The position numbers and the translations under genes are program-made. From positions 41,233 through 96,796 of the forward strand of contig PS015277.1 of assembly GCA_048213135.1 (NCBI GenBank): a stretch of DNA of 55,564 bases, written 5' to 3'. Below the pieces are notes generated by a model. The model worked only from the letters and a program-made list of their open reading frames with translations. It was not told where the DNA came from and made no database searches. The stretch is from Reclinomonas americana ATCC 50394 (Eukaryota). Below, piece after piece: positions 47,301-55,564 of this stretch; positions within the stretch are counted from its first letter, which is position 1, and each line of letters starts with the position of its first letter.

Positions 47301-50300
47301 GAAGCACACGACAGACGTAACTCTCGTTGATGGTGAACGATTTGTCAAAGAACAGCGAGCCTGTGCCGCTGTCGGTCGACCGCACGGTCACCACCAAGCC
47401 ATTGCCATTCTGTCCTGCTGTGGTGATGCGCAGTTGCGCGCCCGAGATGTTAAACATGGCTGCATTGGCGCCACCCACAATCGTGTATGTGAAGGTCTGC
47501 GCAGAATTCGCATCGGTGGTCGACAGTGTGCCAACGACCATGTTCGCGGTGGTCGGTGGAGCGTACGTGGTGGCTGATAGCGCGATATCGGTCGGCGCCA
47601 CGTTATCTACGACATTGCGCAATCAGCCAAGCATGGCACAGAAGCACCATCGCTCACAGCCACGCGGCCCGCAACTCTCATTGATGGTGAACGACTTGTC
47701 GAAGAAGAGCGAGCCTGTGCCGCTGTCGGTGGACCGCACGGTCACCACCAAGCCAGTGCCATTTTGTCCTGCTGTTGTGATGCGCAATTGGGCGCCCGAG
47801 ATGTTGAACATGGCTGCATTGGCACCACCCACAATTGTGTATGTGAATGTCTGCGCAGAGTTCGCATCGGTGGTCGACAGCGTGCCGATCACCAGATTTG
47901 CTGTCGACGGTGGAGTGTAGGTGGTGGCCGACAGCGCAATGTCGGTCGGCGCCACATTACCTGTGCGTTACGAGCAGTCAGAATGGATGAGAAAAACTTG
48001 GCACAATTCCACAATACGCAACTCTCGTTGATGGTGAACGACTTGCTGAAGTTAAGTGCACCCGTGCCGCTGTCTGTGGACCGAATTGTCACCACCAAGC
48101 CATTGCCATTCTGGCCGGCGCTGGTGATGCGCAGCTGACTGCCGGAGATGTTGAACATGGCCGCGTTGGCACCGCCGGTGATGGTGTACGTGTACGTCTG
48201 GCAGCAATTGGCGTCGGTGGTCGACAGCGTGCCGACGACCATGTTCGCGGTGGTCGGTGGCGAGTACGTGGTGGCAGACAGCGAAATGTCAGTCGGTGTC
48301 ACATTGTCTATCACAAACAGCGCGAAGAGTGAGGTCCACAATAGCGCACATCACGAACATGCGCAGCGTCGTCGCCAGACGCAACTTTCGTTGATGGTGA
48401 ACGTCTTGTCATAGAAGAGCGAGCCAGCGCCGCTGTCTGTCGATCGAATTGTGACTTGAAGTCCAGTGCCGTTCTGGCCGGCGTTGGTGATGCGCAGCTG
48501 ACTGCCGGAGACGTTGAACATGGCAAAATCGGCGCCGCCGACGATCGAGTACGTAAACGTCTGGCCAGTATTCGCGTCGGTGGTCGACAGCGTACCGATG
48601 ATCAAATTTGCAGTTGAGGGCGGCGTGTACGTGGATGCGGTAATGGAAATGTTTGTCGGAGCCACGTTGACTGTGCCGAGGGCAGTTGTGCAAAGTCAGC
48701 TCACACACACAATATGAAAACAACGCTCTTCACGTAACTCTCATCAATGGTGAACGTCTGTTGGAACCACAGCGAACCGACACCATTATCGGTTGTGCGG
48801 ATGATGACTTGCAGGCCGCTACCGGTCTGGCCCATATTCGTCAGGCGAAGTTGAGACCCGGATATGTTGAACAGTGCAGAGTTTGTGCCTCCCGTGATGG
48901 TGTAGGTGAACGACTGACCCGTGTTGCCATCTGTGGTTGATAGCGTGCCCACTACTGTGTTCGAGGCCGCTGTGGGAGCAGAATAGGTGGTGGACGACAG
49001 CGCGATCGCAGTTGGAGCCACGTTGACTGCATAAGGGGTTGTGGGGAGAATGAGCGAAGAAACGACAACGAATCGTCACTCCGATCCTCCGCACCTTCGT
49101 TGATCGTAAACGCTTGATCAAACGTTCCACCCCACCCGTCTGAGGCACGAACTGTAACCGCCAGGCCGCTGCCGTTGAGACCGCTGACGTTGGACGTTAA
49201 CTGGTTGCCCTTGATGCTGAACTTGCCGGCGTCAGCACCACCGACGATGCGATAGGTGATGATGGCCGGTGTCAACGAAGCCGACGGAATGAGGGTGACC
49301 GATCCCATGGTGGTGGCCCAACCGACGCTAACGTGGTCCGTGCTGGCACTCTGCTTGTGTCGCACTTGCATGTAGATGACCTGGCCAGCCGTTAGACTGT
49401 AGCTACCGGCTTGCTGCGAGGCGGCCTTATTCCACTGCTGGTACGTTGTGGGACTTGGTGTCGTGCTGGATACGCTCGCCACGGCTGTAGCAGTTGAAGC
49501 ATCTCCGCTCGTACTCAACCACAAATCGCACTCGTCGTCGCACGAAATGTAGAACCAGTAGTTCGCCGTGCTGGGGATGGTGACAAAGGCGGTGAGGCGT
49601 TGGCCGTAGTTGGTGGAGCTGAGGACGCTCTCGAAGCCGCCGCTGCTCACAATGCTGCACTGGTTAGGAATCGAGGTCCACGTGACGGATGCCACCGTGG
49701 TGCCGGCAATACCCTGTGATGTGTTGGCGTTAAGCGGCGGAGAGTGCAGACGGAGCGATGCGTTGGCCGACCGAACCGTAAAGTACTCCCAGTAGAAGCC
49801 AGTGGCTCCCGTCAGGCTGTGACACGTGTTGGCATCCGTGGTGCTCAGCGTGCCAATCGCACTGCCAAGCGCCAGCGGATTGGAGTACGTAGTAGACGAC
49901 AAGGCGACGGCAGTGGGTGCCACATTGCCTGGCAAGCAACGCATCATGAGACACAGTCAATCACAGCAACACGCGCCACACGCCACACGCACTCTCACGC
50001 AAGTAGAACGTCGTCGAGAGATAGCCACCCCACCCGTCATTGGCTTTCACGGTAACCTGCGCCACGAAACCGTGAGTCGGCGCGGGAGAGAGAGGGAAGA
50101 GAGAGAAGAGAGAGAGAGAGAGAGAGTGCTGATGACCGAACCTGCAGATTCATGCCGTACAGACCACCGGCCGAGTTTGCGCGCAGCTGATTCCCGAGAT
50201 ACACACTAAAGAGCGCGGCATTGGTACCACCAGTGATGGTGAAGGCGGTGGACGCCGGGTAGATGTTGGCCAGCGGAATGACGGAGATGGCTCCGGCTCC

Positions 50301-51460
50301 CAGCTTCCACCCAACGCTGGTGCTGTCCAATCCGTTGCCATCCTGCCGGCAGCGAGGCGTGCGTGAGCGTGCACATAATCAGTGGATCGAACGCTCTGCG
50401 TCCACAGTCACGCCACAGACCTTGTTCCGCGCTCGCAACCACACCACCTGACCGGCGGTAAGTGCATAGCTCGACGATGCTTGTGTCGCATACGCAGTCC
50501 ACCCTTGGTACGCGGTCCACACGGTACTGTAGGCGATCTTCGTGGCCGAGTCCGGGTCACCTGCCATGTGTGTGTCAACAGCAGACTCGAGACTTTAGGA
50601 GGAACATGATGCACGCACCATTGCTCGTCATCCACAGATCGGTCTCATCGTCACCCGCCATGTAGAACTTGTCTGCGCAGACGTCTCAGATCTCCACACA
50701 CTCACACACACACACACTCCGGCAACATCGGCACGCAACAGCTGCCTGTGGTCGGGATGACAACCCATGCAGTGATGCGCGACCCAAATGCATCATCATA
50801 GTTTGACGGCCTCTCAAAGCCTGGACTCATCGAGTACACCGAGCACGCACTGGGCACCGTCGTCCACGGCACCGACGTGAGGTTATTGGAGGAGTCGAGG
50901 CCCGTCCACGTCTCAAACAGAATGCCATTGGAGGTGGTGATCTGATTGCACGTGTCGGCATCGGTGGCAGTCAGTGTGGCCAGTGTGGTGCCAACAGCGG
51001 CGCCAGGAGTGAAGAACACAGTGGATATGCTGTTGGCAGTGGGCACATTGTTGGCCACTGCACACGAGCACAGTCAGCATGCGCAGACAACAGAACACAC
51101 ACACACAGAGACAGACAACACGACGCACCGCGCACATGCACTGCATGCGACTGTGACGCGCCCTGTCAACAACAGCAGCGGCAGAGGAGAGTGAGTGTGA
51201 GTCGCACTCGCCACGCATGAGAGAGTGCAAGAGTGAGTGCATCACACCGAGTCATCAGTGGGCACATTGTTTCCCGCGCCCTCTCTTGTCGTCGACACGT
51301 CATGCTCTTGAGTGGCGGAGGCGACGACGACAAGGACACCGGGAGTGGCGGAAGAAGGCGCACTGACATGCAGCAGTGGGAGGAGAAGCACAAGTGCGAT
51401 GACAAACAATGCACATTGTGTGCGTCGACGCGATGATGATGATGATCGCAATTCGAACAT
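29325..51460 (-). CDS. Giant polycystin-1-like surface protein: signal peptide, about 35 cadherin-like repeats (2 with PA14 inserts), REJ, GPS, 5 TM
   Basis: N-terminal hydrophobic ALFVIALVLLLPLL. Repeat exons NVAPTDIxLS...VGTLSTTDAN...FNISGxQL...TDSG...FTINE. REJ motif NVPPTRGMLACSPSEGMELETEF...DPDSPMPLTYTF (36181-36345). GPS CATSHMTDF (about 33980-34010). TM1 at 33760-33830; HLWVSAVIEPRR...RVDKVL before TM2; TM3 ALVALPVMIVFGWVF; TM4 and TM5 with W...LLEPLR; TGA at 29325-29327. Confidence 0.85.
37851..38375 (+). CDS. Two cadherin-like exons on the opposite strand (mis-oriented contig of the giant gene)
   Basis: PVPPTSITLSATTYTPP...FTITQ and VNVAPTNILLS...NAALFNI on the + strand, between two N-gaps. 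Confidence 0.85.
49270..49805 (-). other. PA14 domain 2
   Basis: GFYWEYF...YGQRLTAFVTIPSTANYWFYISCDDECDLWLS...LTAGQVIYMQVRHKQ...DHVSVGW...LIPS. Confidence 0.88.
50240..50935 (-). other. PA14 domain 1 (several exons)
   Basis: GILFETWTG...FGSRITAWVVIPTTG...FYMAGDDETDLWM...YALTAGQVVWL...SVGW. Confidence 0.8.
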
Positions 51461-51687
51461 GCCGCCCGTGTGCGCGTGTTGCTCTCTCCTCCCTTACAAG
51501 AACACTGCTTACAGAAGCAGCACGCTCACGAGATGCGCGTGTGTGCGTGTGTGTGAGAGGAAGAGCGCGCAGCCGGCAGGCGAACAAGAAGAGCGCGAAA
51601 AAAGAGCAAACTCCCGTTGGCGCCAAATTTGTGATAAAATTAAAAAGCCGTTACTTTACAATGCGTTACTCTGCGACGCAGTGTGAA

Positions 51688-53750
51688 TCAGAGTAACCGG
51701 TTGAGCTGTCTGTCGTCGTGTGACTCGCTATTTCCGGTGCCACGTGCGGCCAGCTGCACGCCGGCAGGCGCCGCCACTTGGATGGTGGCCGAGTGCTCGA
51801 CGTCGAGCAGCTTGCTCTTGACCGACGCCGTGTCGAAGTCTTGGTACTGGCTGCTGGCCACGCTCTCCGTTGTGTTGGCCGAGTCAATGGTGCCGATCGA
51901 CAGGCGACGCTTCACACGCCTCCGCAACGGAATCACGCCGGAGACGGGGAAGGCCGCAAAGGTGGCGTACTGTTGACGGATGCGCTGCTTCGGTGTGTAG
52001 ATCCACAGCACGGCCCAGGCGGGTATGATCTGCAGGAAAATGTACTGTGTGCGCGTAGCGGTGAGTGATGCACCTCCGTCTCCAAATCTTCTCCTCTCCG
52101 CGCACTTCAACTCACCGCGTACTGCGTGGACGGCTGATTGACGTAGCCAGTCTGGTGCACGGTGCGAGATCGTGAGTGAGCGAGGTGCATTTGTCGTACG
52201 AGGGATGCCGATTGCCAGACGCAACAATATAGTAGAACTGGAAGCCGCCGGTTGAGAGGAGATACGCGCCCTGCCACGTGAGGAGAGCACACAGAGCTGC
52301 AAAAGCCAGGCCGGTGATGATGTTGACCAGCAAAATCTGTGTCATACAAGCATACGTATGTGGCTGAGCGAGATGGAACGAGAGAGATAGAGGGGGAGAG
52401 GAGAGGAGAGGGGGGAGAACGTGCCTTGCGCCACACTCGTTTCCTCTTCACGTCGAAAAACGACTTGACGGCACTGAGGACCATCCAGATGCGATACGCC
52501 GCCACAGTCGTGACGATGATCAGCAGCCACGCGATCGTCGAGATGAGACTGTCGCAGAGGAGGACGCAGCGTGTCAGACACACGCAACAGTAAAAACGCC
52601 GCAGAGTGCGTGAACTTGCGTACATGTTGGTGGCGCCGACGAGTCGATTGCGGGCCAGATCCCCGCCGGGCAGATAATTGTACAGCAGCAAGTCAGCTGC
52701 GGCGAGATGAGCGCTGTGTAAAAGCAGAGAAGGGAGAGGGAGAGGGAGAGCGCATGCGTTGTGTCACGAAACTGGCCATCAACACATACATCAGCGCGTT
52801 CGCGATGATCAGTGGCCACCGAGCCGGCGCGGCCAGTGACAAGCTTTTGGTGGCCCGAGCCACGCGGAACCACTGATATGGCACCTGCGACACACATACT
52901 GTGAGTCGCGTGTTGCTGCAGACCAACGCGAGCGACTCGAGCCACACACCAGCGTGAACACAGAAAAGAGAATGGCCACGGGGAGAATCCAGATGGCGTG
53001 CTTGGCCAGGTTCGGGATGTTGACGTACCACGCACCGACCTGAGCAACGTATGTGAGCGACACAGAGAGAGAGAGAGGCACATGTACGAAGCAACGCAAC
53101 ATAGAGCGTCTCCTCGGAGACACGACCTGCGCGACACAATGTGAGACACACACACACTCACTCGAGAGACAGAGAGTGAACTCACCAATGGCGAACAGCG
53201 CCACAAGCACGTAGGCCACTGGCGCGCTGCGGAACGTTCGCGAGAACACGCACACAAACACACACAAACACACATTAGTATGTCGAAGGCAGTCGTTCGC
53301 GCATGTGTGCATCACGCACGCACTGTGACAAGGCGCACAGTCAGCATCAACAACTTGCACACACTCGCAGTGCACGCACACACACACACGCACCCTGGTG
53401 GACTTGGCCGCATGTCGCGCGCTCGTCAATCGCGGACCATTGCTCACCCACGATGATGAACTGGTGTTCTCCACCCACGAAGCTCCTCCATACGGTATCC
53501 CTTGCCCAACCACTGTGCTGTTCTCAGTAGGTGCTGCTAGGCGGTCGTCCACAGCAGCCTGCTGTTGTTGCTGCTGTTGTTGTTGCTTGGTGAAGGAGGA
53601 TGCGGTGGAGGAGTGTGTGGGTCGCCGCAGTGTCCAGCTGGCCACCGCAAAGGCGACGCAGGTGGCCAGTGTGAGCGCGTAGAGTGTGAGCCCGACGCAG
53701 GAACACACATAGAGCTGGTGGAGAATCACGGGATCTGCGGGGTTCTCCAT
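51688..53750 (-). CDS. Multi-pass (about 7 TM) membrane protein, possibly GPR137/TOM1-THH1-like
   Basis: Spliced hydrophobic segments VGLTLYALTLATCVAFAVASW, VAYVLVALFAI, WILPVAILFSVFTLV, WPLIIANALMYVL, IAWLLIIVTTVAAY, ILLVNIITGLAFAALCALL, YIFLQIIPAWAVLWIY, then a polar tail. The family guess rests on topology only. Confidence 0.7.
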
Positions 53751-53819
53751 GCGTGTGTGTTTGGCGAGGAGGAGAAGTGGATCTTGATTATTTAGACAAA
53801 GATCATTACATTGAGAGCC

Positions 53820-55564
53820 TCATGGCAGCGTATCGCCGTACATGTTGAACACTTCGAGCCAGTTGGTTCCGTCGTAGTAGTACACGGCAAACAAGTTGCG
53901 TGAGCTTTGCACGCAGTTTCGGGCTACGGTGGTCTCAAACTGCACAGTTGAGCCGACATCGGCATCGCTGCAGTGCAGGATGAAGAGCTGGCCCGACGTT
54001 GGACCTGTAGAGCCAGACCAGGTGGTGGTAACGGTCTGTGCCGTGGAGTACAAGCAGTCAGCGTGTCGACGACCAATGCACGAGGTAGAGTGAAATGACA
54101 GTAGATCAAACCTGGACGTACGGACCACCACCACCGCCGTCAATAAGTTCCAGCATGCTTACGTCGGTAAGCGTGAGCAGGCTGGAAGTAATAACGCTCC
54201 GCTGTACGCCCATTGCAATGCCGGCTGCAGCAAACAAAAGGAATGAGTGCATAAGAAGCAGCACTATGGATGGCACTGATGCACACACACACACACACAC
54301 CGGCACTGACAATGCCGGTGAAGTAGGCATCCCTGAATCGCTTCGGAGTGCCGCCATTGGTGCCCAAGTCGGACACTCCAAAAGGTGCTGAACCGTCGTT
54401 CTGCGGCACAATATTATCGCTGACCTTGGTCAAGCCGCCGATGGTGGTGTTGCCACCAATCGTCGCATTGCCGCCGATAACTGCATTGCCGCCGGCAGTG
54501 ATATCGGCGCTGAGGGTGGCGGAGGTGCAGCCAACAATGGCGCCACCAGTGATGCTGCAAGTGCCATCCGAAATCGTGCCCATGGTGACTTGACCGGCAA
54601 AGTAGGCATCCTTGAAGCGCACGGCGTTGGTGCCAATGTCGGCCGTGTTATCGGTCGTGGCCTTCAGCAGTGTGCCCACTTGAACGAAGGTAGATACGGC
54701 AGCCGACGTGCAGCCAGAAATTGCGCCACCCGTAANNNNNNNNNNNNNNNNNNNNNNNNNNNNNNNNNNNNNNNNNNNNNNNNNNNNNNNNNNNNNNNNN
54801 NNNNNNNNNNNNNNNNNNNNNNNNNNNNNNNNNNNNNNNNNNNNNNNNNNNNNNNNNNNNNNNNNNNNNNNNNNNNNNNNNNNNNNNNNNNNNNNNNNNN
54901 NNNNNNNNNNNNNNNNNNNNNNNNNNNNNNNNNNNNNNNNNNNNNNNNNNNNNNNNNNNNNNNNNNNNNNNNNNNNNNNNNNNNNNNNNNNNNNNNNNNN
55001 NNNNNNNNNNNNNNNNNNNNNNNNNNNNNNNNNNNNNNNNNNNNNNNNNNNNNNNNNNNNNNNNNNNNNNNNNNNNNNNNNNNNNNNNNNNNNNNNNNNN
55101 NNNNNNNNNNNNNNNNNNNNNNNNNNNNNNNNNNNNNNNNNNNNTCGTGCAGGTGCCGTCAGTCAGCGTTCCTCCCTTGACCTGGCCAGCAAAGTAGGCG
55201 TCCTTGAACTTCACGGCGTTGGTGCCAATGTCGGCCGTGTTGTCCGCCGCGGCCTTCAGTAGCGTGCCGAGCTGCACAAATGTCGAGACGGTGGCCGACG
55301 TGCAGCCAGTGATTGCGCCACCCGTAATGGTACAGGTGCCGTCAGAAAGCGTTGCAGCATTGATCTGGCCGGCAAAGTAGGCGTCCTTGAACTTCACGGC
55401 GTTGGTGCCAATGTCGACCGAGTTATCCGCCGCGGCCTTTAGCAGCGTGCCCACCTGCACAAATGTCGAGACGGTGGCCGACGTACAGCCGGAGATCACG
55501 CCGCCCGAAATCGTGCACGTGCCGTCCGACAGCGTTCCCACATTGACCTGGCCGGCAAAGTAGG
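53820..55564 (-). CDS. 3' part of an intron-containing Gly/Thr-rich protein with 61-aa (183 bp) tandem repeats, fibre-like
   Basis: Unit GTLSDGTCTISGGVISGCTSATVSTFVQVGTLLKAAADNSVDIGTNAVKFKDAYFAGQINA; ggtgccaatg recurs at 55221 and 55404 (183 bp apart); last exon ends YYYDGTNWLEVFNMYGDTLP*. Confidence 0.8.

Larger units (their letters stand above)
36958..51058 (-). repeat. Tandem array of about 35 cadherin-like repeats, mostly one ~280-290 bp exon each
   Basis: Exon plus intron period about 350 bp; each exon begins xNVAPT and ends TI(N/D/S)E, with phase-1 boundaries. More copies are probably hidden in gaps 44250-45103 and 38376-38436. Confidence 0.92.

Noticed and set aside
1218-48738. Non-GT (TT-starting) introns as the explanation for the shifted donors
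   Set aside because: Moving the donor one base downstream breaks the frame unless the acceptor moves off AG; GT-AG boundaries fit the protein motifs.
36958-49030. Regular repeat/unique alternation as a CRISPR-like array
   Set aside because: The repeats are ~285 bp coding exons and the unique parts are GT-AG introns.
4128-55262. Many long ORFs in the track made mostly of X
   Set aside because: They run through assembly N-gaps and are artefacts.
1-55564. rRNA, tRNA, transposase or reverse transcriptase genes
   Set aside because: No recognisable motifs seen; small RNAs could be missed by eye.

Overview
Eukaryotic, GC-rich, gene-dense draft scaffold with many N-gaps and short (about 50-110 nt) GT-AG introns, probably a protist; the taxon cannot be assigned from this window. 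Left to right: (1) a minus-strand gene running off the left edge with an acidic N-terminus and at least six tandem kinesin motor-like domains, most catalytically degenerate; (2) a Ser/Thr kinase-NB-ARC/STAND-TPR (NLR-like) gene; (3) cactin; (4) a TM + U-box + RING gene; (5) a fragmented coiled-coil gene, with one contig probably inverted by the assembly; (6) a small hypothetical gene; (7) a ~22 kb polycystin-1-like gene with a signal peptide, about 35 bacterial-type cadherin-like repeats (nearly all one per exon, two carrying nested PA14 domains), REJ, GPS and 5 TM but no channel domain; (8) a ~7-TM protein; (9) the 3' part of an intron-containing gene with 61-aa repeats resembling phage tail fibres. 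Many introns use an unusual shifted donor, GTT(G/A)CGT. All exon boundaries and domain calls were made by eye, without database searches.
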